Of a DNA stretch of 64,000 bases, positions 1-8,508 are shown in pieces (within the stretch, counting starts at the first letter, position 1; every line of letters begins with the position of its first letter). The notes under the pieces are model-generated. The model did not search any database and was not told the origin of the DNA. It saw only the letters and a program-made list of their open reading frames with translations. This DNA is from Planctomycetota bacterium (GTDB lineage Bacteria > Planctomycetota > UBA8108 > SXIK01), in assembly GCA_965223845.1 (NCBI GenBank), contig CBDCXR010000004.1:3787334-3851333 (forward strand), read 5' to 3'. Both the position numbers and the translations under genes were made by a program.

Positions 1-2
1 CT

Positions 3-698
3 CGGGCGAATCTGCTCGCCATTATTCCGACGAGCGTTGGCGGCTCGAAGCCGAACGTACTCGCTAGCGGCGACGCGCTTCCGTCGCCGCAGCAGCGTCT
101 CCTCGACACCCTTCGGGCGGAGGTGGAGCGCGGCGAGCTCGAAGGCGCTTTCAGTATCCGCGGCATGCCTCCCGGCCCCCTGAGCGCCGTACTCGCCTGG
201 GGCGTCGCCGAACCCAGTCGCGTCGAGCAGGCGCTCGTCGACCTGTTCGAGTCCGCCAAGAAGTATGGCGCCGGCTCGTTCTCGTCCACCGTGACTCGCT
301 TCCGGGATCGACCCGTCCATCGCGTTCAGTTCGGAAACGAGGATCCCAAGGTCGAGCGAATCTTCGGGCGTGGAGCCGCCGTCCACTGGACGACGACGAA
401 GGACGCCGTGCTCTTCGCGTACGGAGCGAAGAGTCTCGAGGCTCTCAAATGGAGCCTCGAGAGGAAGTCAACTCCCCGACGCAGCAAGCATCTCTACGCG
501 CCGGCGTTGTTCACGACGCGCGTCCGCCCGTGGCTCGATATTTTCGGTCCGCTCGATCGACGCGTCGAAAGCATGAAGTCGGCGGTTCGGCCGACGGACC
601 GTCTGTTCATGGAATCCAGCCTGAACGGCGACGGGATGCTCACGCGGTTCGAGATCCCCACGGGACTCATCCGCGCGCTGGTGAAAGCCGCGAAGTAG
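3..698 (+). CDS. hypothetical protein, 5' end lies outside the window
   Basis: Frame 3 is open from the first bases of the window to the stop at 696-698; the 123 start in the ORF track is an internal GTG. Third codon positions are GC-rich and the amino-acid composition is ordinary, unlike the Arg-rich shadow ORFs. No family recognised by eye. Confidence 0.45.
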   Translation, partial: RANLLAIIPTSVGGSKPNVLASGDALPSPQQRLLDTLRAEVERGELEGAFSIRGMPPGPLSAVLAWGVAEPSRVEQALVDLFESAKKYGAGSFSSTVTRFRDRPVHRVQFGNEDPKVERIFGRGAAVHWTTTKDAVLFAYGAKSLEALKWSLERKSTPRRSKHLYAPALFTTRVRPWLDIFGPLDRRVESMKSAVRPTDRLFMESSLNGDGMLTRFEIPTGLIRALVKAAK

Positions 699-748
699 CG
701 GGCTCGGAGCGCTCAGGGGTCGGAAAAGAGCTCGCGCGGTTCGATCCG

Positions 749-1912
749 TTATCGGGATTGGGCAGCGTCGGGCCCGTGAACGAGTGGGCCCGCACCCGCG
801 CCTTCGATCGAGTGCGCACCGGCGGGCGTCAGTCGAACGGCGGTCCTCACACGCTCGACGAGATTCCGCGCCGCGAGGCGACGCACGACGCGCTCGACGC
901 GCTTCGGGCTCCAGTTGAAGCGCGCCGCGAGCGAGGCGGGGTCGACCGCTTCGCTTCCGCCGCTCAAATGCAGCAGAAACAGTTGTTCGCGGAGACGCCG
1001 CGCCAGCCGGAGTCGAAACAGCGCTCGCGCCACGAGCCCGTACCGCGGCGAGAGGACGAGGGCGAGAAGGAAGAACACGCCCGCCATCGTCGCCATCGCA
1101 GCTGCGATCGAGCAGTCGATCGCGTAGGCGAGTGCGTATCCGGTCGCCGTGGATGCGATTCCGAACGCGACCGCGAGCGCGATCATGGAGCGCAGTCGAT
1201 CGGTGAGGAGGTACGCGGTCGCCGGAGGAACGACGAGCATCGCGACGACGAGGATCGCACCGACCGATTCGAACGAGCCGACGACGGTCACCGACACGGC
1301 GGACATGAGGAGGTAGTGAACGACGACGGGTGAGATTCCGAGCGCGGCGGCGAGCTGCGGATCGAAGCTGGCGACCTTGAGCTCCTTGTAGAACACGATG
1401 ACGACGAGCAGATCGAGGATGAGGATGGCGAGCGAAACCCAGATCGCCTTCGGGCCGAACTCGGGTCGCCCGGGGATCAAGGGATCGATCGGTGCGAGAC
1501 CGATCTCGCCGTAGAGAACGCAGTCGACATCGATGTGAACCGACGACAGATAGCGACTGAGAAGAATGACGCCGATCGAGAAGAGGGCCGGAAAAACGAC
1601 TCCGATCGAGGCATCCTCCTTGAGACGGCGGGTCCGAACGAGGAGCCCGACGAGAAAGACCGTCAAGACGCCGCACGCGCCGGCTCCGATGAGCGTCAGA
1701 ATCGGTGCGTGGGCTCCAGCGACGAGATACGCGATCGCGATCCCCGGCAGCACGGAGTGGCTGATCGCGTCCCCGAGAAGCGCCATGCGGCGGAGAACCA
1801 GGAACGAACCGACCAGCGCGCAACTCGACGCGACGGCGCTCCCGACGATGAGGATCACCCAGCGATCGGAGTCGAGGCCGAGGAACGAGCTGAGTCCGAG
1901 AACGAAGCTCAC
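749..1912 (-). CDS. ABC-3 family metal ABC transporter permease (ZnuB/MntB/TroD-like) with C-terminal winged-helix (DtxR-N-like) tail
   Basis: GTG start overlaps the upstream stop (GTGA at 1909-1912). The first ~280 aa are a multi-TM ABC-3 core (LVLRRMALLGDAISHSVLPG...). The last ~90 aa are soluble (SPKRVERVVRRLAARNLVERVRTAVRLTPAG) and are colinear with the wHTH part of the neighbouring permease tail. Confidence 0.85.
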   Translation of the reverse strand: MSFVLGLSSFLGLDSDRWVILIVGSAVASSCALVGSFLVLRRMALLGDAISHSVLPGIAIAYLVAGAHAPILTLIGAGACGVLTVFLVGLLVRTRRLKEDASIGVVFPALFSIGVILLSRYLSSVHIDVDCVLYGEIGLAPIDPLIPGRPEFGPKAIWVSLAILILDLLVVIVFYKELKVASFDPQLAAALGISPVVVHYLLMSAVSVTVVGSFESVGAILVVAMLVVPPATAYLLTDRLRSMIALAVAFGIASTATGYALAYAIDCSIAAAMATMAGVFFLLALVLSPRYGLVARALFRLRLARRLREQLFLLHLSGGSEAVDPASLAARFNWSPKRVERVVRRLAARNLVERVRTAVRLTPAGAHSIEGAGAGPLVHGPDAAQSR

Positions 1913-3228
1913 CTTGCACCTCGTCCACTCGTCGTCTCGGCGTCGTTTCCCTCCCCGTCGGGGTTCGGGATCGCTCGGCCGTGCGGGTCGTGCGTCGGAT
2001 GCCCCAGAATGCGCGCGAACTCACGCACGGCTTCGTCGCTGAGCGCGTGCTCCATCTCCTCGGCGTCGCGGTGGACGTGATCGGCGGGAAGGTCGAGTCT
2101 TCGCGTGAGATAGAGCTCCCAGAGCCGGTGCTTGCGGACGACGCGCTGCGCGGCAACGAGCCCGGAAGGAGTTAGGCGCAGTCCATCGGCAACGGTTTCG
2201 ACGAGCCTCCGCGCTGCGAGCGCCTGCGCGGTTCGATCGACGACGCCGCCTCTCTGTCCGCGAAATCCCATCAGAACGGAACGAGGTACGGCTTCCTCCC
2301 AACTGCCGGTGCTCTCACCGCAGCGGTAGAGGTCGTTGAGCAGGTTTTCGCGGCGGATGCGCCGGGCGAGGCGACGGTGGCGCACGAACGCCCAAACCAC
2401 CCCGCGCCGCGGCGCGAGCGCGGTCGAAAGCGCGAGAATCGCGCTCGCGACGACAACGATCGTGGGTCCCGTCGGCATGCGATCGATCGTTCCGCTCAGC
2501 GTCGCGCCGGCAGCGCTCGAAAACGCGCCGATGGTAGCGGCGAGAAGAAGCATGATGCTGAAACGGTCCGTCCACTGCCGCGCGGCCGCCGCCGGCGTGA
2601 CGAGGGCGGCGACGGTGAGGACGACGCCGACGGTTTGCAGTCCGACGACGACGACTGCGACGAGGACCACCGTGAGGAGGACCTCGAGAAAACGCGTCGG
2701 CAGACCGATGCTCGCGGCGAACTCGCGATCGAAGCAGAGGAGCTTGAGTTCCTTGTAGAAAAGGAGGATGCAGGCGAGGACGGCGGCGCCGACGACCGCG
2801 AAGAGTACGAGGTCGCTCCCGAGCAAGGTGACGGCCTGTCCGAACAGGAATCGATCGAGTCCCGCCTGATTTCCGTGCGCCGTCTTTTGAATGTACGTGA
2901 GAAGAACAATTCCCACGCCGAAGAACACCGAGAGCACGATGCCCATCGCGGAGTCTTCCTTGACCCGGCTCCCGCGAGCGACCGCGAGCATGACGAGCGC
3001 CCCCAGAAGTCCCGTGGCCGCCGCACCCGCGAGAATCGCCGGAGAGCTCTTCGCGCCGACGAGCAGATACGCGAGGCAGACCCCGGGGAGCGCCGCGTGA
3101 GCCAGAGCATCGCCGAGGAGGCTCTGCCGCCGAAGCACGGCGAAAACGCCCGTCGCACCACCGATCGTCCCGAGGAGGGACGTCCCGATGAGCACGTTTC
3201 GGAAAGTGGAAGATGTCAGCCAGTCCAT
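1909..3228 (-). CDS. ABC-3 family metal ABC transporter permease (MntC/TroC-like) fused to a complete DtxR/MntR-like metalloregulator domain
   Basis: ATG at 3228. The permease core (VLRRQSLLGDALAHAALPG...) is followed by ~140 aa resembling DtxR/MntR. This includes a wHTH (AQALAARRLVETVADGLRLTPSG) and a metal-site/dimerisation region (RKHRLWELYL...HVHRDAEEMEHALSDEAV...GHPTHDPHGRAIP). Confidence 0.88.
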   Translation of the reverse strand: MDWLTSSTFRNVLIGTSLLGTIGGATGVFAVLRRQSLLGDALAHAALPGVCLAYLLVGAKSSPAILAGAAATGLLGALVMLAVARGSRVKEDSAMGIVLSVFFGVGIVLLTYIQKTAHGNQAGLDRFLFGQAVTLLGSDLVLFAVVGAAVLACILLFYKELKLLCFDREFAASIGLPTRFLEVLLTVVLVAVVVVGLQTVGVVLTVAALVTPAAAARQWTDRFSIMLLLAATIGAFSSAAGATLSGTIDRMPTGPTIVVVASAILALSTALAPRRGVVWAFVRHRRLARRIRRENLLNDLYRCGESTGSWEEAVPRSVLMGFRGQRGGVVDRTAQALAARRLVETVADGLRLTPSGLVAAQRVVRKHRLWELYLTRRLDLPADHVHRDAEEMEHALSDEAVREFARILGHPTHDPHGRAIPNPDGEGNDAETTSGRGAR

Positions 3229-3399
3229 CGCCTTCGCCCCGTCGCTCCCGCATCGTCCGAGCGACGGATCAACAGCCCGTTGAGAAAGTGCTTCGAGTCG
3301 ACAGCCGGCTCGTGTGCGTTCCGATCGGCCGCGGCAAATGCGGACGATCTTACGGGTTTTCGAGAATGGGCGCGGCCGATTGGAGCGTGAACGCGCCGG

Positions 3400-3415
3400 T
3401 CGTTCGGCCGAACGA
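3400..3415 (-). promoter_or_regulatory. intercistronic hairpin just downstream of the ABC ATPase stop
   Basis: Perfect palindrome TCGTTCGGCCGAACGA (6-bp stem plus GGCC loop) lies 17 nt past the ATPase stop, inside a 203-nt gap of an otherwise tightly overlapped operon. The T-run is on the plus strand only, so it does not look like a canonical terminator for the minus-strand operon. Confidence 0.3.
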
Positions 3416-3431
3416 GTTTTTGGGCGGACGG

Positions 3432-4322
3432 TTAACCCGAGCTTCGCGGCGGCCGCGCGCGAAGAAGAGATTCCGCCGCCTTCGACAGCGCGGTCAATCG
3501 GCCGCCGTACGTCATTTGGATGTTCTCTTCGTTGAACGTCGTCGGCACGGGTCCCGCCGCGACGAGTCGCATGTTGAGAAAGATCACGTCGTCGAAGTAC
3601 GCCGCGACGGTTTGTAGGTCGTGGTGGACGGCGACGACCGTCCGACCCTCCGCGCGCAGCTTCTTCAGCAGGCCGAGAACCGCCTCCTCGGTCGCGGCGT
3701 CGACGCCCGCGAACGGCTCGTCCATCAGATAGAGCCGCGCGTCCTGCGCAAGCGCGCGAGCGAGGAACACGCGCTGCTGCTGGCCGCCGGAGAGCTGGTT
3801 GATCTGCCGCCGGGCGAACTCCTCCATGCCGACCTCGGCGAGGCAGCGCATCGCACGGTCACGATGCCGGCGAGTCGGCCACCGAATCCATCCCAGCTCG
3901 CCGTAGAGTCCCATCGTAACGACGTCGAGCGCCGTGGTCGGAAAATCCCAGTCGACGGTCTCTCGCTGCGGCACGTACGCGACCCACGATCGCCGCTCGG
4001 CGTACGGCGCGCCGAACACCTTGACCCAACCGGTCAGCGGACGCACGAGTCCGAGGATTCCCTTGAGCAGCGTACTCTTTCCTGCTCCGTTCGGTCCGAC
4101 GATGGCGATGAGCCGCCCGGGAGGAAAGGTGACGTCGACGTCCCAGAGGACGGGGTGCACGCCGTACGCGACGGTCATGTCGTGCACTTCCACCGCTGCC
4201 GGTGCGTTCTCGTCGGAGGACGAGGACGCCGCTGCGGTCGGCGCCTCATCGGCGCTAGGCTCCGCGCGCACCAAGCGAGCTTCTGCGTTGGGGCGATTCT
4301 CCTCGCGCTCCGCGCCGCTCAT
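3432..4322 (-). CDS. metal ABC transporter ATP-binding protein (ZnuC/MntA/TroB-like)
   Basis: Walker A GPNGAGKST, signature LSGGQQQR, Walker B LYLMDEP, H-loop VAVHHD. ATG at 4322 forms an ATGA overlap with the SBP stop. The 594-aa track ORF is a spurious upstream extension. Confidence 0.9.
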   Translation of the reverse strand: MSGAEREENRPNAEARLVRAEPSADEAPTAAASSSSDENAPAAVEVHDMTVAYGVHPVLWDVDVTFPPGRLIAIVGPNGAGKSTLLKGILGLVRPLTGWVKVFGAPYAERRSWVAYVPQRETVDWDFPTTALDVVTMGLYGELGWIRWPTRRHRDRAMRCLAEVGMEEFARRQINQLSGGQQQRVFLARALAQDARLYLMDEPFAGVDAATEEAVLGLLKKLRAEGRTVVAVHHDLQTVAAYFDDVIFLNMRLVAAGPVPTTFNEENIQMTYGGRLTALSKAAESLLRARPPRSSG

Positions 4323-5275
4323 CGCAGCGACTCCACGAGCGTCGTCACGTTGTGGCGAACCATCGTCGCGTAGGTGTCGGCGCCGCTCTCGGCCGGCCCC
4401 AAGGAGTCCGAGTAGAGCTCGCCCCCGACGGCGACCTCGTGGCCGCGGTCGCGGCACGCGGCCTGTACGGCCTCGATGCTCTTTCGCGGCACGCTGCTTT
4501 CGACGAAGATCGCTTTCAATTGTCGATCGATGATCACCTCGGTGACGCGCGCGATGTCGCGTAGACCGGCCTCCGCCGCCGTGTTGATGCCCTGGAGTCC
4601 GACGACCTCGACGCCGTAACGGTCTCCGAAGTAGCCGAATGCGTCGTGCGCCGTGACGAGAACGCGCGAGGATTCGGGGATCTTCCCGATTTCCTCCTTC
4701 ACCCACGCGTCGAGAGCCAGCAACTCGGCCGCGACCGCGCGGTAGCGCTCGTCGATCGCTTCCGCGTCCTCCGGCGACAGGGCTTTCAACTCCGTAGCGA
4801 CCGCACCGCAGACGATCGTCCACAGGGAGACGTCGAACCACACGTGCGGATCGACCGCCCCGTCCTCTCGGCGGACGCGATCCTCCGGCAGCGTCTCGGC
4901 AACCGCGACGACACGCCGGCCGGCGCCGGCGATGCGCTCGAGCACCGAGCCCATCTTCCCCTCGAGATGGAAGCCGTTGTAGAGAACGAGATCCGCGGCG
5001 CCGAGCCGGCGCACGTCGCTCTCCGTCGGATTGTAGAGGTGAGGATCGATCCCCGGGCGCATCAAGCCGACCACCTCGACCCCGTCCGGTGCGAGACGCT
5101 CGGCGATCTCTGCGATCATTCCCGTCGTCGCGACGACAACCGGACCGATGCGTTCCGCCCCGGGGGAGCAAGCGACGCCCGCCGCGAGCGCGAGACCGGC
5201 GAGCGCGCCCCGCCACCAGCGCCCGCGCGCACGTTCCGTGGATGCACCGAGCCGTCGAGTTCGCGCGTCGATCAT
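4319..5275 (-). CDS. metal ABC transporter substrate-binding lipoprotein (TroA/ZnuA/MntA, cluster A-I)
   Basis: Lipoprotein-type signal (LAGLALAAGVAC). Family-typical blocks GIDPHLYNPTESDV, LVLYNGFHLEG and DPHVWFD. First gene of the SBP-ATPase-permease-permease operon. Confidence 0.88.
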   Translation of the reverse strand: MIDARTRRLGASTERARGRWWRGALAGLALAAGVACSPGAERIGPVVVATTGMIAEIAERLAPDGVEVVGLMRPGIDPHLYNPTESDVRRLGAADLVLYNGFHLEGKMGSVLERIAGAGRRVVAVAETLPEDRVRREDGAVDPHVWFDVSLWTIVCGAVATELKALSPEDAEAIDERYRAVAAELLALDAWVKEEIGKIPESSRVLVTAHDAFGYFGDRYGVEVVGLQGINTAAEAGLRDIARVTEVIIDRQLKAIFVESSVPRKSIEAVQAACRDRGHEVAVGGELYSDSLGPAESGADTYATMVRHNVTTLVESLR

Positions 5276-5391
5276 AGAGAAGACTCTAACCGAGACGCGA
5301 GCTCGAGAACATGCCGCGCCTTCGGCTCGACGTTAACGCAGCGCCCGATGGCCCCGAACCGAGAACGTGGTCCCAAACCTCTCGGCGATCC

Positions 5392-6684
5392 TCACGGAGT
5401 CTCGTTCGTGCTCGGCTCCGTTGGCGGGGACGAGCCACCGTCCGCGGGAGCATCGGGAGCCGACTCGGCCGCCGCCGATTCCTTCGTCTTTCGGGGGAAC
5501 CGGCCGTTCTGCAGGAAATGAAGCGTGCGGCGGATCACCTCCGGCTCCGACGCCATGAATGTGTGGCCCACCGGAAGGACGCAAAAGTCGCGCGCACCGG
5601 GAAGCCGCGTGTTGTCGACGCGGACGACTCCGTCGTTGTCGCCGAGAAGAAACGGGTTGTAGCCTCGGCCCCCGGTTCCCCCCGCGATGATCCCGAATTC
5701 GCAGTCGGGAACGGGACGTGCGTCGACTTCATCCGGGGTCAGCTCCGGTCCCGACGGGCCCGCGAGCGCCCGAAAGATCGGGAACGACTCGAGCCGATTC
5801 GCGATGACGCTCCCCTGGTTGGGCGGCCCGAGCATCACGAGACGATGAGTCTGGATTCGCTGCCGCCAAGCCGCTGGCCGCGCGAGCAGCTCACGAACGA
5901 CGATGCCGCCGAGACTGTGCGTGACGAAGGAGACTTCCCGAATCTCGGACGCGGCGTCGAGCACTCTCTCGATCCCGTCGGCGTGGTCGTCGATCGAGCG
6001 CCGCGTGCTCGGGTATCCGACCGCAGCAGTTTCGTAACCGGCGGCGGCGAGTGCTTCCTCAAACTGCCGGAACATTCCCCTCGTTCTCCCGAGGCCGTGA
6101 ACGAGGACGACGAGATGGTCGCTCCGAGGACAGAGATCGCGTTCGCGCGCCTCGCGTTCGAAGCTCGTTCGGCACGCAGCGAACGAGCCCCACGCGCGCC
6201 GCACGTTGCCCGCGTCGAGAAGACGAAAGTGACCGAAGTGAACGTGCTCCTGAATGCGCCAGCCGCGACGCACAAAGCGATCCGCCCAGAGCTGAGCTCC
6301 CCCGAGTGTGCGGATCGGAAGATTCGGTCTCCCGACTCCGTGACGGCGCACGAGCTCACGGCTTCGGGCGGCGGCACACTCGTCCCAGCTGCCCGCGGCG
6401 ACGACTCGGGCACCGCGGATGTCGACGACGCGGTACCTCTCCTCGTCCGGAACACGCTCGATGCGAAGATCGAGTACGAGGCGATCAGCGCAGCGATCCG
6501 AGTTCGCGCGGTTCGCCGGGCGGGGCGGGGCTTTCGGCTTCGTTTCCTGAGCTCCTGCCCCGGCGCAAGCGAGCAGAACCGAGACGAACGCCGCCGCGAT
6601 GCGAGCCGCTCCCCCCAACCGAAAGACAAACGCTCCGCGTGGCGGCTTCGAGTCGCCCCGCGACTCGGGTGGATCGTTCGGCAT
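5392..6684 (-). CDS. secreted alpha/beta hydrolase (lipase/esterase-like) with uncharacterised N-terminal domain
   Basis: ATG at 6684 followed by a signal-like AAAFVSVLLACAGAGAQ. The C-terminal half has LVVLVHGLGRT and the nucleophile elbow THSLGG. The first ~105 aa of the track ORF are discarded as an Arg/Ser-rich extension. Confidence 0.72.
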   Translation of the reverse strand: MPNDPPESRGDSKPPRGAFVFRLGGAARIAAAFVSVLLACAGAGAQETKPKAPPRPANRANSDRCADRLVLDLRIERVPDEERYRVVDIRGARVVAAGSWDECAAARSRELVRRHGVGRPNLPIRTLGGAQLWADRFVRRGWRIQEHVHFGHFRLLDAGNVRRAWGSFAACRTSFEREARERDLCPRSDHLVVLVHGLGRTRGMFRQFEEALAAAGYETAAVGYPSTRRSIDDHADGIERVLDAASEIREVSFVTHSLGGIVVRELLARPAAWRQRIQTHRLVMLGPPNQGSVIANRLESFPIFRALAGPSGPELTPDEVDARPVPDCEFGIIAGGTGGRGYNPFLLGDNDGVVRVDNTRLPGARDFCVLPVGHTFMASEPEVIRRTLHFLQNGRFPRKTKESAAAESAPDAPADGGSSPPTEPSTNETP

Positions 6685-6982
6685 CGAGTCTTCCTCTCTG
6701 CGGCACGGACCGCTTCGAGCCAAAGTCCCGCGCCCGCCGTTCTCGTCTGAAGATGATTGTGGCGTGCTCGAGCGGGATCTCAAGCGTTCACCTCGAGGAA
6801 CGTCGACCCAAGTCCGGCGAGCGCCGCCGCGCGGAGAAGTCCGTTCCCTCGATGCCTCGATGTTCTCGCTTTGAGATCCCCGAGGAACCCAGTACATCTG
6901 GGAACTTCCGAAGGAAACGCCGGCGCGTCTTCTTCGCTCCGGTGTCCGCAGCCCGCTCCCGAGAGTACATCCGAGGAATGAG

Positions 6983-8458
6983 ATGAGACCAATCGCCAAG
7001 ATCTCCCTGCTGCTCCTAGCGCTTGCGTGTACCCCTCAGGCGATGTCCGCGCCGAAGAAGATTCTTCTCGTCGGCACGCATCCGAGTCACGGGTACAACC
7101 AGCACGAATACCTCCACGGGAATCGCATTCTCGCGCACTGCCTGCGGCAGAACGGCGTCGACGCCGTGTCCTACAACGGCTTTCCTCCGGCGGAGGAGAT
7201 CAATGAGGCGGCGCACTTCCACCTCTTCTGCTCCTGGGGCGGCGACTTCGTGCTAAAGGATGCGGACCGCCGGGCAATCTTCCTCGCAAACATTCGCCGC
7301 GGCATGGGCTTCTCGACGCTTCACTTTGCGTGCGATATCACCCCCGACCTCGAAGACAAGGGACTCGGCGACGTCTACATGGAGGCGCTCGGGGCGTTTT
7401 ACGACACCGGGTTCTCGCGCAACCCGCACAATACGGTCACTCTTCGTCCGGCGAACGTCGGGCATCCGATTCTGAGCGGCGTGAGCGAGCTGACGCAGCA
7501 CGACGAGATCTACTTCAACCTGCGGTTCATGCCGTACACGCGTCCGGTCCTCGTCGGACGAATCAAGGATCGCGACGGCGACTTCGATCGCTGGGTCTCG
7601 TGGTGTTACGAACGTCCCGACGGCGGGCGCTCGTTCGGCTACACGGGAGCGCACTTCCACAAGACCTTCGAAGCGGAGAGTTTCCGGCGCCACCTCGTAA
7701 ACGGGATTCTCTGGTCGGCGAAAGTCGAGCTTCCCGAAGGAGGGGCGAAGGTCGACTTCGATCCCGCGTGGCTCGTTCCGCCGCGCCGGAAGGCACCGGC
7801 TGGTCGCCCCCCCGCGGGAAAGCTCCTTCCGCTGGACCGGGCGGGAGGCGACGCGGAGTGGGTGAACATCCTCACGGCCGAATCCTTTCCGCGGTGGACG
7901 CAGAAAGGTAAGGCGAACTGGAAGCTCGAAGACGGAGTGCTCACCGGAACGGGGCCGGTCGGTCACGTCTTCAGCCCGCGCGGCGACTACGCCAACTTCG
8001 AGTACGAGGCCGAGGTGAAGATCAGCAACGATTCGAACAGCGGCATGTACTTTCGTGCGGAGCTCGGCGACTCGTGGCCGAATGGCTACGAAGCGCAGGT
8101 GAACGCCTCGCACGGCGATCCCGTACGCTCCGGCAGCCTCTATCACTTCGAGAAGGTGTTCGAGAAATATACGAAAAACGACGAGTGGTTCACGCAGCGC
8201 ATCGTCGCCGCCGGAAACCGGATCACCATTTCGATCAACGGTGCTCCCGTCGTCGACGTCGATATGGACGAGAAGCTCGCCCGAGTTCAGACTCAGCTCG
8301 CCGCGGAGACGGACGCGAGAAAGAAGCGTCAGCTCGGCCGGCTCGCACAGCAGATCGACAGCTTTCGCAAGCTCGAACGAGGCCACTTCGCGTTCCAGCA
8401 GCATCACGACGGTAGCGTGGTTCAGTACCGGAACGTCCGCGTGCGCGAATTGCCCTAG
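6983..8458 (+). CDS. secreted ThuA-like domain + DUF1080 (3-keto-disaccharide hydrolase-like) fusion protein
   Basis: GAGGA lies 5 nt upstream of the ATG. Signal peptide MRPIAKISLLLLALACTPQAMSA. The N-terminal ThuA-like region starts KKILLVGTHPSHGYNQHEY. The C-terminal DUF1080 jelly roll has KGKANWKLEDGVLTG, FEYEAEVKI, NSGMYFR and GHFAFQQHHDGSVVQYRNVRVREL. Confidence 0.8.
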   Translation: MRPIAKISLLLLALACTPQAMSAPKKILLVGTHPSHGYNQHEYLHGNRILAHCLRQNGVDAVSYNGFPPAEEINEAAHFHLFCSWGGDFVLKDADRRAIFLANIRRGMGFSTLHFACDITPDLEDKGLGDVYMEALGAFYDTGFSRNPHNTVTLRPANVGHPILSGVSELTQHDEIYFNLRFMPYTRPVLVGRIKDRDGDFDRWVSWCYERPDGGRSFGYTGAHFHKTFEAESFRRHLVNGILWSAKVELPEGGAKVDFDPAWLVPPRRKAPAGRPPAGKLLPLDRAGGDAEWVNILTAESFPRWTQKGKANWKLEDGVLTGTGPVGHVFSPRGDYANFEYEAEVKISNDSNSGMYFRAELGDSWPNGYEAQVNASHGDPVRSGSLYHFEKVFEKYTKNDEWFTQRIVAAGNRITISINGAPVVDVDMDEKLARVQTQLAAETDARKKRQLGRLAQQIDSFRKLERGHFAFQQHHDGSVVQYRNVRVRELP

Positions 8459-8466
8459 TCCTGCAC

Positions 8467-8507
8467 GGGAAAACGAGGCGACGGCTCTCAAGCTCGAGTG
8501 CGTCGCC
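8467..8507 (-). terminator. candidate intrinsic terminator after sdhB
   Basis: On the minus strand GGCGACG...CGTCGCC (7 bp plus an imperfect inner extension) starts right after the sdhB stop and is followed by TCGTTTTCCC. Confidence 0.4.
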
Positions 8508-8508
8508 C

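Noticed and set aside
468-2156. 562-aa minus-strand ORF, and the many similar long ORFs in the track (e.g. 2315-3253, 2377-3390, 5311-6750, 12942-14699, 12047-13009, 17232-18839, 18815-20245, 19930-21018, 22960-24120, 26342-27652, 28086-29450, 31188 upstream part, 38083-39789, 41188-42894, 42891-44366, 44903-46438, 49699-52995, 55908-59165, 61899-63314)
   Set aside because: They are extremely Arg/Pro/Gly/Ser-rich with no recognisable motifs. They lie antisense or out of frame to genes with clear family signatures. These are typical shadow ORFs of GC-rich DNA, where stop codons are rare.
3432-5216. Over-long versions of real genes offered by the ORF track (3432-5216, 9270-11786, 20098-22029, 22936-24612, 24452-24904, 33121-35589, 49318-53076, 56262-58520, 60027-61505)
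   Set aside because: The upstream parts are Arg-rich, overlap the preceding gene in another frame and precede a family-typical N-terminus or signal peptide. Internal starts, often forming 4-nt overlaps or preceded by GGAGG-like sites, were used in their place.
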